Sequence record: ON287370.1
Length of the DNA: 32,000 bases
Source: Serratia phage vB_SmaM-Sureiya
Reading direction: 5' to 3' (one strand)
A program made the position numbers and the translations under genes. This document shows positions 8,606 through 18,374 of the stretch, piece by piece (position 1 is the stretch's first letter; every line of letters starts with the position of its first letter). A model generated the notes under the pieces. It was not told where the DNA came from, searched no databases, and saw only the letters and a program-made list of their open reading frames with translations.

Positions 8606-10483
8606 TTAGCGAGATAAGATCTCACCGTTAAGCGCACCAACTGCAAATTCGATAACATCCATGACTGGCATTACGCCGACACCTTTAGAGATTTCAGTGA
8701 ATGCAGTAGCGGCATCACTGAATGATTGGAATTTGGCAGTAAAGGCGTGCTTAGGATGTTTATGGTCTAAAGTTTGGAAACACACTACCAATTGGGATAC
8801 TGATTCATCCCATACTCCGGTATACCGAACTTCAGGTTCACGATTACTATTAAGAACATTGAAAGACATATGACGTGAATGTTTGATTGGTGTTTTAATC
8901 ACCTTGGTCGATTCTTTATTAATGTCTTTGATAACAGCTTCCGTTAGAAGATCGAGAATCTCTGGATCGGTAACACCCAAAGCTTTTCCCCACTTGGCGC
9001 GACGCGCTTCAACTTCATCAGATTTGACCTCGGTTTTTACCTGAGGTTGTTGTTCCTTCATCACATTAGCGAGAACTTCTGAAATATTATCGCCCTGAGA
9101 AATAGGAACAATAACACAATCATCACCAAACATTTCTTTCAGTTGGGATAACATATCACCATCAGGTCCAGAGATCTGGATTTTAGGGGTCCCTGGTTGA
9201 GAAGCTTGTTTGAGACGTTCGACCAGACCTTCAGCAAAATCGCCTTTGCCGAAATAATGTTCCATCATGGAATGAATCAGTCCAGATTGGATACTAACAT
9301 CATCACCACAAACTTTCTGTACTTGGGTAATGTCTTCCGATTTAGCGTTTTTCAGGAATTCAATGATTTCTTTCAGACTACTAGTACCGGACAGGATTTT
9401 GAAAATTTCTTGTTGAGTAGACATGGTTTCTTCCTTAGATTGAGTTGGTTTAAGATCGCGATCTTGCATATTGTATCGGGAGGTCAGTGGCTTTGGTTCA
9501 ACCTCAGGCGGGTATGGTTTACGGTGCTGTTCCATATAACGTCCGACTAAGTTATGAACAAAGTCTGAACGTTGACGTGCATCAACAGTCCAGTGCGTTT
9601 CATTCTCTTCAAACTCACCAGTAAGGAATGTATATATTTCCTTCTGGAAGATACTACGATGAATAAAGGTAATCGCTTTTGTAAAAGCTTCGTTTCCTTT
9701 GATCGAAGTATCGAGCATAATAGTTTTCAGTAACTCGATCTCCTCATCTGGATCAGTAGATGAGTGTACCGCGCAAGGCCCAGTGAGATGAGCAGTGCCT
9801 TGGAAATAAATATACGGTGATTCTTCACGAGCATATTTAGTTTCTGCTGCCAGTATTCTGATACCATCAATAGCATTATCGATAGCTTCTTTAAAGGTAG
9901 AGAAATCTTTACCTCTGAAGTTATTCACCCATAATGGGGTAAAGGCTTTAGTCAGGATTTCAGTCTGAAGATGAGCATATACATGGAAAATATTGTAAAC
10001 TATTTTAGCTTTACGTTTGAGTGTTCCATATGTCATAGTACCGAGTTGAATATCTTTGAGACACCCGACTGCTTTCTCTATGGCTTCTTCACCTGAAGAA
10101 CAACCTTCGCCAGTACGATATTTACTAGGGACGTCAAACAGTTTACCTTCTGATTCGAATAACTGAAGTCCCGCATCTGAGAATAGCTCATCGAACTGCT
10201 CCATTAAGTATTGCGGGGATATATTGACATTCTTACCGGCTTCTTTAATAATGTCAATTAAGATTGAACCATTACGGGACTTGATCGCATTATCAATCAG
10301 GGTTATAAGATAACCGTAATCACATTTTAAAGAACCACTATTTTGTAAATACCCGGTTTCAACAAAACCAAAATTTTTGATGATGGCTTCCAGATTTACA
10401 TTCTCACCACCATGATCGGGGAATGTAAAAATAGATTTGAATTTCAGGATTGCTTCAATTAAACGTTTAGCTGTATCAGTCAT
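8606..10483 (-). CDS. Large hypothetical phage protein (about 625 aa); start revised from 10522
   Basis: ATG at 10481-10483 (MTDTAKRL) is preceded by GAGGAAGATGAAG. Appears two-part, with a proline-rich linker around residues 340-380. Confidence 0.75.
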   Translation of the reverse strand: MTDTAKRLIEAILKFKSIFTFPDHGGENVNLEAIIKNFGFVETGYLQNSGSLKCDYGYLITLIDNAIKSRNGSILIDIIKEAGKNVNISPQYLMEQFDELFSDAGLQLFESEGKLFDVPSKYRTGEGCSSGEEAIEKAVGCLKDIQLGTMTYGTLKRKAKIVYNIFHVYAHLQTEILTKAFTPLWVNNFRGKDFSTFKEAIDNAIDGIRILAAETKYAREESPYIYFQGTAHLTGPCAVHSSTDPDEEIELLKTIMLDTSIKGNEAFTKAITFIHRSIFQKEIYTFLTGEFEENETHWTVDARQRSDFVHNLVGRYMEQHRKPYPPEVEPKPLTSRYNMQDRDLKPTQSKEETMSTQQEIFKILSGTSSLKEIIEFLKNAKSEDITQVQKVCGDDVSIQSGLIHSMMEHYFGKGDFAEGLVERLKQASQPGTPKIQISGPDGDMLSQLKEMFGDDCVIVPISQGDNISEVLANVMKEQQPQVKTEVKSDEVEARRAKWGKALGVTDPEILDLLTEAVIKDINKESTKVIKTPIKHSRHMSFNVLNSNREPEVRYTGVWDESVSQLVVCFQTLDHKHPKHAFTAKFQSFSDAATAFTEISKGVGVMPVMDVIEFAVGALNGEILSR

Positions 10484-10808
10484 CTTCATCTTCCTCACAG
10501 TAACCGATGATACCTTTATCATCTATATCGTATCCCCTAATGCAACCAGCATCTTTAAGAATACGAAGCGAATTTAAAACACGGACCGGGAACCCTTCGA
10601 TTATGTTGTAACAATAACCTATTTGGTAACCATTCCAATCAAGGAAATCATAGAAATGTCTTTCTAGTCTTTCTTTACGATCCAAGCCTTTGTTCGGTAG
10701 CTTGTGCATACAAACCACATAACCATCCACCCCAACATGGGAGTGGATGGATTCGATCAGCGGTTTTGTAAAGTGAACTAGAAATTCTAGTTCTTTAGTC
10801 ATTACCAC
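10476..10808 (-). CDS. Hypothetical protein (110 aa)
   Basis: ORF in operon with an acidic C-terminus (EEDEDD). Confidence 0.65.
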   Translation of the reverse strand: MVMTKELEFLVHFTKPLIESIHSHVGVDGYVVCMHKLPNKGLDRKERLERHFYDFLDWNGYQIGYCYNIIEGFPVRVLNSLRILKDAGCIRGYDIDDKGIIGYCEEDEDD

Positions 10809-11305
10809 ATATCTCCATTACGGCATTCGTTCAGATAGAACTCAGTGCGGGAAGAAGTAACACGCGGTTTAGCTACACCAGTGTAATGGCAGTGTGAAAT
10901 ATGAAGTTCACCTTCAAGCTTAGGTGAAGTGAATTCATACATGGTCGTTTTGTTCATGCGAACTTGTTTAGCTTCGCGAGTATCCACAATACGAAGCTCC
11001 ACATCAGTAAGGTGCGGGTTAGCAAGATCAACGCGATGCAGAGAAAGGCTACCGTCCAGAACCATATTAGTTCCGGTTACATAGATGTTGTTTTCTTTAC
11101 CGATCAGCTGAAGAATCAGGCGCTGTTCGGCCAATTGTTCAGAGAGTTCATTGATGATCTCGATAGTCGGATTGAGATCATTCTCGCCTGGGTCATCGTG
11201 GTGGGTAGTGTGGATATTCAATTCACCACCAGTTTGGCGATCAACGACTTTGATCAGTTTACCGTCAAGGATTACATTCCAACGACCAATAGGGGTATTT
11301 TTCAT
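10802..11305 (-). CDS. Hypothetical protein, tandem paralogue of the 11307-11765 gene
   Basis: 167 aa; pattern LIKVVDRQTGGELNI...LNPTIEIINELSEQL..RLILQLIG recurs in the adjacent ORF. Confidence 0.75.
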   Translation of the reverse strand: MKNTPIGRWNVILDGKLIKVVDRQTGGELNIHTTHHDDPGENDLNPTIEIINELSEQLAEQRLILQLIGKENNIYVTGTNMVLDGSLSLHRVDLANPHLTDVELRIVDTREAKQVRMNKTTMYEFTSPKLEGELHISHCHYTGVAKPRVTSSRTEFYLNECRNGDMW

Positions 11306-11306
11306 T

Positions 11307-11765
11307 TTAGACTCCAGTCACTAATTCGTTTTTAAAGTAAGAGGTGGTTCTTTTAAAGTAACCAGTCTCAGGGTTGGTTTTGAAGAAGCAATCTTTAAAT
11401 GCTACTAAACCGAATCTGTTAGAACCCATATATCGCAATGTGGATTCTGAGATAAGTGCTTTCTGTTTGAAAGAGACCATGTGTAAATTACCATTGCGAA
11501 CTTCACAGTCATAAAGGTGAGATGATGACAACACGACCTCACCTTCCAACTTAAAGCCCTTACGTTCGGTAATTGTGTTGACGCCAAACAAACCCAGGAT
11601 TAACTTACCTGAGTTAAGTGCAGTTTCTAAATCATTCCAGGCTTCTAAAGCAGGATTGATTTCTGGCTTACCTAACGGTTTGAAAATGATACGCAACGAT
11701 CCATTAGTCACCTGATCGTGTACCACTAGCGTACCCTTCTCAATAGCGAATTCATATCGTTGCAT
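11307..11765 (-). CDS. Hypothetical protein, tandem paralogue of the 10802-11305 gene
   Basis: 152 aa; LVVHDQVTNGSLRI...INPALEAWNDLETALNSGKLILGLFG aligns with the neighbour. Confidence 0.75.
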   Translation of the reverse strand: MQRYEFAIEKGTLVVHDQVTNGSLRIIFKPLGKPEINPALEAWNDLETALNSGKLILGLFGVNTITERKGFKLEGEVVLSSSHLYDCEVRNGNLHMVSFKQKALISESTLRYMGSNRFGLVAFKDCFFKTNPETGYFKRTTSYFKNELVTGV

Positions 11766-11774
11766 ATCTCAACC

Positions 11775-12101
11775 TTATTCGTCTACTGGAGCCTTCTTTG
11801 GAGCTTTGGCTGCAATGTGGTACAGTTTAGCATAGTCGATTTTGTACTTGTGTTCAAAATCCCCCTGCGCATGTTTACGGGTCAGAGTTACACGATCTAA
11901 CAACAGACCGTCAATACGAACTTCGATAATGATCCCGGTTTGAGAAGAGTTATAACCGTAGAGCTTGGATTGCAGGCAACGATTAGTATCACCATCGCGC
12001 AGCATCAGGGAAATAGTAGAACCCAGTTTAGAGTCAAACTGAGCAAAGGTATTGGCATGTTTAACGATAGTGCGAGTAATCTTTTCTGAAGCGATTTTCA
12101 T
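11775..12101 (-). CDS. Hypothetical protein (108 aa)
   Basis: ORF in operon context. Confidence 0.7.
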   Translation of the reverse strand: MKIASEKITRTIVKHANTFAQFDSKLGSTISLMLRDGDTNRCLQSKLYGYNSSQTGIIIEVRIDGLLLDRVTLTRKHAQGDFEHKYKIDYAKLYHIAAKAPKKAPVDE

Positions 12102-12126
12102 TTCTATATTCCTGATTGATTTAAGT

Positions 12127-12146
12127 TAGGGGAGTTTCCTCCCCTA
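12127..12146 (-). terminator. Hairpin with GAAA tetraloop on the - strand
   Basis: TAGGGGAG-GAAA-CTCCCCTA, 8 bp, just downstream of the stop at 12153; U-tract weak. Confidence 0.6.
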
Positions 12147-12152
12147 GATTTA

Positions 12153-12614
12153 TTAGTTAGCCAGCAGGGGTGCGACCAGTGAAGGGATGTCCTTCATAAT
12201 ACGATCCATACGTTTCCACAGGCGAGAAAGTGATACCGATTCGACGAACAAATTGGTTACGTAATACTGTTGGAGGTAGGTGGACTTACGTTCGGACAGA
12301 AGAACTTCAATGTTCAAAGTGACGTAGTTGCTACCCACATCACCATAACGCTGGATTGTCGACCGGATTACTAATGGGTTATCAACCTGTAGTAAATCGA
12401 AAGTTACCGGCACGCCGGAAGTCATTTCCTGTTCAGTAATCAGTTCAGCACCTTCTTCCAAATCACCATAACCCAATGCAGAAGACTGAGTGATCATGTC
12501 GCGCAACATGCGACGGATGGCATTAGTGCGGGTGCTCAAGTTCGCAGTTTCCAGATCGGAACGATCAGTTTCATTGGCGAACAGGATAGCGAGTTTATTC
12601 TGCAGAGTGATCAT
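12153..12614 (-). CDS. Hypothetical protein (153 aa)
   Basis: ORF in operon context. Confidence 0.75.
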   Translation of the reverse strand: MITLQNKLAILFANETDRSDLETANLSTRTNAIRRMLRDMITQSSALGYGDLEEGAELITEQEMTSGVPVTFDLLQVDNPLVIRSTIQRYGDVGSNYVTLNIEVLLSERKSTYLQQYYVTNLFVESVSLSRLWKRMDRIMKDIPSLVAPLLAN

Positions 12615-13311
12615 CGTTGTATTCCTTCAAAGTTTTAGTGAGTGGTGCAGACCAGATATCGTAGTGACCGCTAAAGGCGCAGCCAAAGGCCATGTATGTT
12701 TTCAGACGATTTTTAATGAAGTGTCTGTATACTTCTTTGCTTTTGGCACCATTTAGTCCGACACTATCAAATTTAGCGTCAGTTGCAATTGGCTTGCCGT
12801 TATGTTCAAACAGGGCGATAGAACAACCAGTATCATTAATATGGATATCAATCATTCCGTCCATCATTTCTCTGATGGAGGTTGGATCATCGTTATCCAT
12901 ATATTCAAGGGCTCGTTTCAAATCACCCGTTTCTTCCATCCAGTAACATGCCATGCCTAAAGCATATTCACGCATCAAGCGTTTAGCACAGTCAACTACT
13001 TCGGCATGTTCTACCTTACCGGATTCAATTTCTTTCTCACCGATAGTGAATAAGTAAGGACCACGATAAGGGATGTGAACACATGCCCTTACATCAGCTG
13101 CCATTTCAACCGACAGCATTCGGTGCAGGGGATTGTTGGAGATGTAGAAATCGATGTTAATTTCACCGGCTTTATCGAAACTGATGGTGTGGCGTTTAAC
13201 ATCGCTCTGGTCATCGCTTCGTCCGAGTTCAATCATTTCATTGGCAACATCACGAACCATGTTGATGAAGGTATCTTCCATCTTCATCAAAGCTTTAACT
13301 GTTAGTTTCAT
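12595..13311 (-). CDS. Hypothetical protein (238 aa)
   Basis: Long ORF in operon context. Confidence 0.8.
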   Translation of the reverse strand: MKLTVKALMKMEDTFINMVRDVANEMIELGRSDDQSDVKRHTISFDKAGEINIDFYISNNPLHRMLSVEMAADVRACVHIPYRGPYLFTIGEKEIESGKVEHAEVVDCAKRLMREYALGMACYWMEETGDLKRALEYMDNDDPTSIREMMDGMIDIHINDTGCSIALFEHNGKPIATDAKFDSVGLNGAKSKEVYRHFIKNRLKTYMAFGCAFSGHYDIWSAPLTKTLKEYNDDHSAE

Positions 13312-13628
13312 TTCATTTCCTTAATGCGAATTTTCATGATCCCATCCACAACTTCTTTAACCAGTTTAGGATCAAGATTATGTTTAGCTAAGTCTTCGCC
13401 AGTGATTGTGAAAGGACCAACCTTCTTATCATTAACTTGGGCAAAGAACTCAATACGATCGTCGTTATAGGGAGGGAGAAGAACGTTGTTACTGATAACC
13501 AATACGTAATTGGAATCTAAGGGCCCGCGCTTATAAAAGCAACGAGCCAATTCTTCTCTTACTACCATACCCAAAACAATCTCGACGAATTTAGTAACCC
13601 TTGGGAGATGTTTCTTAGGTATAGCCAT
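13308..13628 (-). CDS. Hypothetical protein (106 aa)
   Basis: ORF with short overlaps on both sides. Confidence 0.75.
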   Translation of the reverse strand: MAIPKKHLPRVTKFVEIVLGMVVREELARCFYKRGPLDSNYVLVISNNVLLPPYNDDRIEFFAQVNDKKVGPFTITGEDLAKHNLDPKLVKEVVDGIMKIRIKEMK

Positions 13629-14260
13629 TACATAACGACCGGAATAAGAAAACCTTCACGCTGAGCAAGTAAGGTCACAAGTACTCGGCCCAGTTCAGCA
13701 GTTACTGTGTTGATGTTCATTCCCTGCCAACCTTGCTCAGTTGTCATGTTCAGGAAATTGGAACGTTCTACTCTGTAGAGTACCACATCGTTTTCTTCAA
13801 CTTGGAACCATGCAGTATTCAATCTCACCTTAGCTTTGAAGCGAAGACCGGAAAGGAACATTGAACCGATTAGGTCATCGGTAGATGCAGCACAGATCCA
13901 GTGTTTCACATTCAGGTCATTTTTGATATGACGATTAACCAGCCATTTGGCAAAGTTATTAATCAGATATTTCTGAGTTTGTTCACGCCACTTAGAAAGT
14001 TCAACCTTCAGCGCATCTCGGCTGAACATCCGGCAATCTTTAATGACGATTGTTCCGATAGTGGTCCCGGTGTGGTTAAGTGCTAAACGGACACCGTAGT
14101 CACCAACTTCAGATAACTTGACATCAATTAGGATATCAATATTACCGTCCAGCAAATTGATCTGGTAATCGCCAGACCAAGCAATCTGAGTTCCATCAAT
14201 AATTAAACGAGAGATAGTCAACTCTGCCAGCTTACGCAGGCACTCTTTATTAACAATCAT
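13628..14260 (-). CDS. Hypothetical protein (210 aa)
   Basis: Long ORF, 1-nt overlap with neighbour. Confidence 0.8.
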   Translation of the reverse strand: MIVNKECLRKLAELTISRLIIDGTQIAWSGDYQINLLDGNIDILIDVKLSEVGDYGVRLALNHTGTTIGTIVIKDCRMFSRDALKVELSKWREQTQKYLINNFAKWLVNRHIKNDLNVKHWICAASTDDLIGSMFLSGLRFKAKVRLNTAWFQVEENDVVLYRVERSNFLNMTTEQGWQGMNINTVTAELGRVLVTLLAQREGFLIPVVM

Positions 14261-14274
14261 TTTATTTCCTTAAA

Positions 14275-14886
14275 TTAAAATTGGGTAGTAGGTTCGAATT
14301 CATATTCTACAGCAAAGTCTTCTCGTTCAGAATAGTGACGGAGAACTTTACCAATACGGCCTTTCAGTTGTTCAATCGGGGTGAACAGATCAGTGCCGAT
14401 ACCTTGATCAAGATTCACTGCTTCTTCTAAAGCATAAAGAACTTCTTTACCTTTAGTCAGCATCATTACCTGATGGTCGTCATCAGTGTGGAATTTGATA
14501 TTAATTCCATAAGGATGTTCAACTTCATTAGAAGTAGTAACACCACGAAGCATGTTATCAACTGCTTCAATGGCACCGGACTCTTTGGAGATATAGGTGA
14601 GAAGTACAGCAAAGATATTTTCAGCTAAGGTATCAGCCAGGGATTTATCAAGAATGATTTTAGTATCAAACCTAACAGTACCAGACCCCACCATCTGGTT
14701 AGCTACATAAATCTCATACTTAGTCAGTTTAGTATGAGAGTTAGCAGTAGTGCGGATATTGACTCCGATATTGGAATCTTTCAGGTTAAAGAAATTGCTG
14801 TTAGCTTTACCAGCCAGTTGTTTGGCCAGATGTTCAATTACCTGGTCTTTGGCCTGTTGTGCGAAAGTTTTATTGATTAAAGTCAT
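14275..14886 (-). CDS. Hypothetical protein (about 203 aa); start revised from 14922
   Basis: ATG at 14884-14886 (MTLINKTF) preceded by AAAGGAGTTCAAA on the - strand. Confidence 0.8.
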   Translation of the reverse strand: MTLINKTFAQQAKDQVIEHLAKQLAGKANSNFFNLKDSNIGVNIRTTANSHTKLTKYEIYVANQMVGSGTVRFDTKIILDKSLADTLAENIFAVLLTYISKESGAIEAVDNMLRGVTTSNEVEHPYGINIKFHTDDDHQVMMLTKGKEVLYALEEAVNLDQGIGTDLFTPIEQLKGRIGKVLRHYSEREDFAVEYEFEPTTQF

Positions 14887-14959
14887 TTTGAACTCCTTTA
14901 AAATTAATGTTATTACATTCACTTGAATAATATCTATTCAAAAACATATGCAACATAAA

Positions 14960-14989
14960 AACCACTGTCCCCAAATGGAGGCAGTGGTT
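14960..14989 (-). terminator. Rho-independent terminator
   Basis: - strand AACCACTG ... CAGTGGTT followed by TTTATG; 8-bp stem, just downstream of the stop at 14995. Confidence 0.75.
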
Positions 14990-14994
14990 AGTTG

Positions 14995-15330
14995 TTATTT
15001 GGTAACTGGATAAGCAAGAACTTTGTCGCACTGACGATCGAAGGACTCACGACTGAGTTTTTCTTCGATGTGTTGAGCGAATTCGATACGATCACGGGAC
15101 TGACGGCAATCTACCAAAATCTTGTAAAGGCGGTGACCGTTAAGATAAATGATAGTGACTTCATCTGGGGAGGTAGGGCGAGTTTTAAAGCGCATCTTAC
15201 CCAGGATAGTATCCACTTCCAGTTCAGGTTCAACTGGTTGGTTGGATTTATAAACTTCCAACATCCCATCACGAATAGCAGCTTTCAGAATACCTTTAGA
15301 TACAGAACGGTTTCCAGCTTTAGTTTCCAC
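14995..15330 (-). CDS. Hypothetical protein (111 aa)
   Basis: ORF; the 172-aa ORF on the opposite strand is judged its shadow. Confidence 0.7.
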   Translation of the reverse strand: METKAGNRSVSKGILKAAIRDGMLEVYKSNQPVEPELEVDTILGKMRFKTRPTSPDEVTIIYLNGHRLYKILVDCRQSRDRIEFAQHIEEKLSRESFDRQCDKVLAYPVTK

Positions 15331-15363
15331 TTACGTTTCCTTATACAGTTTAGTCAGATGGTG

Positions 15364-15720
15364 TTATTTAGGTTGTGTTTCAAACACTTCATGGATAACG
15401 TGGTTAAACATTATTGCAATATTCTTCACGTTATTATCACGGTTATCTTTGAAACGATCGAGTACGCCTTGTGGGATAGTGTCACGAGGATAACCAAACT
15501 TAAAGCGTAGTTTAACTTCCTTACCATAGAAAGGAATGGTGATAATTTCTAAAGGCCCTTCACGAGTAAAGGTCACTTCAGTTGGCGCGTGGTTATCAGG
15601 ACCACCGCCATTATGTTTCTGAACGGTTTGAAACTCTGGCTTGTTTTGGATAACCAGGTTGTCGAGAGCATGTGCAGTGAGTTCACACAACTCGTCACGG
15701 AAAGATTCTAAAGTTCTCAC
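15364..15720 (-). CDS. Hypothetical protein (118 aa)
   Basis: ORF in operon context. Confidence 0.75.
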   Translation of the reverse strand: MRTLESFRDELCELTAHALDNLVIQNKPEFQTVQKHNGGGPDNHAPTEVTFTREGPLEIITIPFYGKEVKLRFKFGYPRDTIPQGVLDRFKDNRDNNVKNIAIMFNHVIHEVFETQPK

Positions 15721-16076
15721 TATTTACTCCAGCTAATTACATAACAGACTTCTGAGTTAGGTTCGATGTTATCCTGAACAGCCCGCATTGCTTTCATGAT
15801 GCGATCATGCTTATCGGTTTCAATAAACAGATCTTCAAGATCCATTTTGCTGAATTTAGCAATGATCTCATCTACCAATGCCGGTGTGAGTACATAATAA
15901 TCACAGTCGTCCCAATCAGCTTTAAAGATCCCACGAAGAACATCGTTATAATCAGTGGTGCGGGGTTCTGAAAATACCCCTCGAATGTCTTTGGATTCAA
16001 GATCACAATAACCGATGCTTTTCTTTTCACCTACTAGTTCTTTAGGAACCAGGTCGATCTCTAAATAATGAGCCAT
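15720..16076 (-). CDS. Hypothetical protein (118 aa); start revised from 16109
   Basis: ATG at 16074-16076 (MAHYLEIDL) preceded by AAAGGAATATCTAAC; this start avoids overlap with the next gene. Confidence 0.75.
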   Translation of the reverse strand: MAHYLEIDLVPKELVGEKKSIGYCDLESKDIRGVFSEPRTTDYNDVLRGIFKADWDDCDYYVLTPALVDEIIAKFSKMDLEDLFIETDKHDRIMKAMRAVQDNIEPNSEVCYVISWSK

Positions 16077-16077
16077 G

Positions 16078-16467
16078 TTAGATATTCCTTTTAGATTTAG
16101 TGAGTTCAATTTCCACTTTCATGGTTGCGCCTTTATACTTGACGATAGCCTCTAACTTATTAAACCCAACATTGTGGGTTGTCCAGGTTAACTCCTTAGC
16201 TAAAGGTAAATACCAATTGAGTTGTTCTTCAATAAACTCAAGGCACTCGTCATATGTCCTAAGTTGCTTGATGGAACATACTGCATAAAGATGAACACCG
16301 ATTGAGTTCAGTAACGCTTTAGGTGGAAGTTCCGTTTCCTTAAGAAGTTCTTTTGCTCGTAGAGCTTCTTCTTTACGTTCCTTCCTTTTGGTCAAAAGAC
16401 CTTTGGTTACACACCCGCAACCAAAGCCGATTAAGAGTGATATCAATAAAGAAATAGTGATACTCAT
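16078..16467 (-). CDS. Hypothetical protein with N-terminal membrane segment
   Basis: MSITISLLISLLIGFGCGCVTKGLL then a charged soluble domain. Confidence 0.75.
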   Translation of the reverse strand: MSITISLLISLLIGFGCGCVTKGLLTKRKERKEEALRAKELLKETELPPKALLNSIGVHLYAVCSIKQLRTYDECLEFIEEQLNWYLPLAKELTWTTHNVGFNKLEAIVKYKGATMKVEIELTKSKRNI

Positions 16468-16469
16468 TT

Positions 16470-16841
16470 TTAATTACCTTCCGCTACCTTAACCAAGTTA
16501 AGTAATTCTAAAGACTCATCGCAATGATCATGACCTGCAGAGATATGATCTACGACGTCGCGAGCTAACTTAGTGGGGACCACCATAAACCCTTCAGCAG
16601 GTTTAGCTGTTAATACCACACCGTTTTGTTCAGACCAATTACGAACGATCTCTAACTGCCGGTGACGTTCGCCAACAATAACTTCTTCTAAGAATTTATC
16701 ATTGAAGGTTTCAGCTTTACTTGCTGTTGCTTTATTGATAATTTCCTGACCTTCATCTGCCGCTGGGTTAGCTGGGTGAAAGTCATAAGCTGCATCAACT
16801 AAACGTTGAAGTAATTCAAGTGAGATAGTTACGGTTTTCAT
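16470..16841 (-). CDS. Hypothetical protein (123 aa)
   Basis: ORF with 4-nt overlap with the upstream gene. Confidence 0.75.
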   Translation of the reverse strand: MKTVTISLELLQRLVDAAYDFHPANPAADEGQEIINKATASKAETFNDKFLEEVIVGERHRQLEIVRNWSEQNGVVLTAKPAEGFMVVPTKLARDVVDHISAGHDHCDESLELLNLVKVAEGN

Positions 16842-17248
16842 TCTGATTTTCCTAAATGGTAGGCAAAGTAAGATGCCATAAGTTTATAGTTGGAAAGGCG
16901 GACCATTCCGGCCTTATAGTTGATTTCGAATTCACCATACTTAACTTTAGCGAAATCATCATTACCGTTGATATCATTCATACGGTAAAAACTAACACTG
17001 ACTGATTGGCCGGTTTCTTTATTTTCGAACACTCGGTTACACCCATTGCCCAAGCGATCCTTGATGCGGTACATCTCATGAACAAGATGACAGGCTTCTA
17101 GGATCTGCTCAAATGGAACTTCAGTTTCAGAGTTATCGATAACACGCAATAGGTCATAGCCATCACCAGCAATTGGATAACCATGTTCACTTGCAAGATC
17201 GGTAAGTGTGGTTAGTAACTCGCGGGATACTGAAACTTTATCGGTCAT
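16838..17248 (-). CDS. Hypothetical protein (136 aa)
   Basis: ORF with 4-nt overlaps. Confidence 0.75.
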   Translation of the reverse strand: MTDKVSVSRELLTTLTDLASEHGYPIAGDGYDLLRVIDNSETEVPFEQILEACHLVHEMYRIKDRLGNGCNRVFENKETGQSVSVSFYRMNDINGNDDFAKVKYGEFEINYKAGMVRLSNYKLMASYFAYHLGKSE

Positions 17249-17928
17249 TTTGTTTCCTTAGGGTTTAAAGGTTGAACTGGGGTTAAGTACATGTGTTGAA
17301 CATCAACATCATGAATGAATCCCTTTGGAGGTTTGGCGTGATGCACAACGGAATAAAGATCAAATGGGTTACCTTCCACTCTACCCTCGATAACATCTTT
17401 CAAGATCTTGTTAACTTCGTCAACACTTTCTTGAGAAGGAGGCATCCAACTTTTAACTTCAGTTACTGATAGGTTGCCGTTGAATCGTTTCTCTATTAGA
17501 TTTTGTAAATCAGGTACTGACAAACGAACATCAACCTCACGAGCCAGATCTGTCCCTTCTTTGAGGAATTTGAATGTTGCGTTTTCGGTAATCAACTCAT
17601 CACCTGGTTGAGTAGGGATTCCAGTACCAACTAAACGAGCCATTGATTTGGCAACGCCCTCTACCCCTCCGTGAAGTTCAAGGAATTCCTTAGTGTTGTT
17701 TTCACGAACGATATCCAGTAAACTTACTGTGCAACGTTCCTTACCTTTATACGGGTAAGGGCGTGTATATTCATAACCTTTGATCTGAAGGAACTTCTTA
17801 AGTTGCCGGAAGTTACGTTTAGCCAGTTTAGTCTTTGAGATAGCTTGTGCCCATTTGAGCATATCGTTAGCCATATCGTAACGAACCAGCGATTGGGACA
17901 TTAAACTTAAATAAGATAAAGTATTCAT
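17245..17928 (-). CDS. Hypothetical protein (227 aa)
   Basis: Long ORF in operon. Confidence 0.8.
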   Translation of the reverse strand: MNTLSYLSLMSQSLVRYDMANDMLKWAQAISKTKLAKRNFRQLKKFLQIKGYEYTRPYPYKGKERCTVSLLDIVRENNTKEFLELHGGVEGVAKSMARLVGTGIPTQPGDELITENATFKFLKEGTDLAREVDVRLSVPDLQNLIEKRFNGNLSVTEVKSWMPPSQESVDEVNKILKDVIEGRVEGNPFDLYSVVHHAKPPKGFIHDVDVQHMYLTPVQPLNPKETK

Positions 17929-17930
17929 AA

Positions 17931-18308
17931 TTATAAATAGTCCATCAGAATGTTTAATTGTCCATTATCGTCAGACAGCAAATCGATATAACGTGTGGTT
18001 GATCTTTCAATATGGTTTTCGAGTTTGAAATCTTCCCCGTCATATGTGATGGTGGTAGCCAGCATCGGAACTATTGAGTTAATGTTCTCATAAATTCTGA
18101 TAAATCGACCTGTGATATTATCACCGCAAAGAGCATAGCGAGTATCTGAGATGATCATCTCTTTGCCATTAATATCTAATTCAGAAGAGAACGAATAACG
18201 AACAGAGTGCAACATTTCTTTAAAACGCTGGTCGTATCCTTTCTCTTTGATTTCTGAGATGGCTGCTTTAATTGCACTCTTAATACTTTCGATAGTTTCT
18301 GGTTTCAT
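17931..18308 (-). CDS. Hypothetical protein (125 aa)
   Basis: ORF in operon. Confidence 0.75.
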   Translation of the reverse strand: MKPETIESIKSAIKAAISEIKEKGYDQRFKEMLHSVRYSFSSELDINGKEMIISDTRYALCGDNITGRFIRIYENINSIVPMLATTITYDGEDFKLENHIERSTTRYIDLLSDDNGQLNILMDYL

Positions 18309-18374
18309 TTCTAAACTCCTTAATTAAACATAGGTTTATCACCCCAGTTACCCTTTACGGATAACCAGAGTAGT

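Noticed and set aside
9197-9550. 117-aa + strand ORF and the 8661-8873 + strand ORF
   Set aside because: Antisense to the 625-aa gene, no ribosome-binding context, aromatic-rich shadow translation.
8606-10483. Calling the 625-aa protein chimallin on the basis of size
   Set aside because: Length is similar to the nuclear-shell protein but I cannot recognise its sequence hallmarks, so the call is not supported.
10964-11335. 123-aa + strand ORF antisense to the tandem paralogues
   Set aside because: The - strand frame shows paralogy with its neighbour, which supports the - strand as coding.
14992-15510. 172-aa + strand ORF, longer than the - strand genes opposite
   Set aside because: Spans two - strand genes plus their intergenic gap and the strand context is consistently -.
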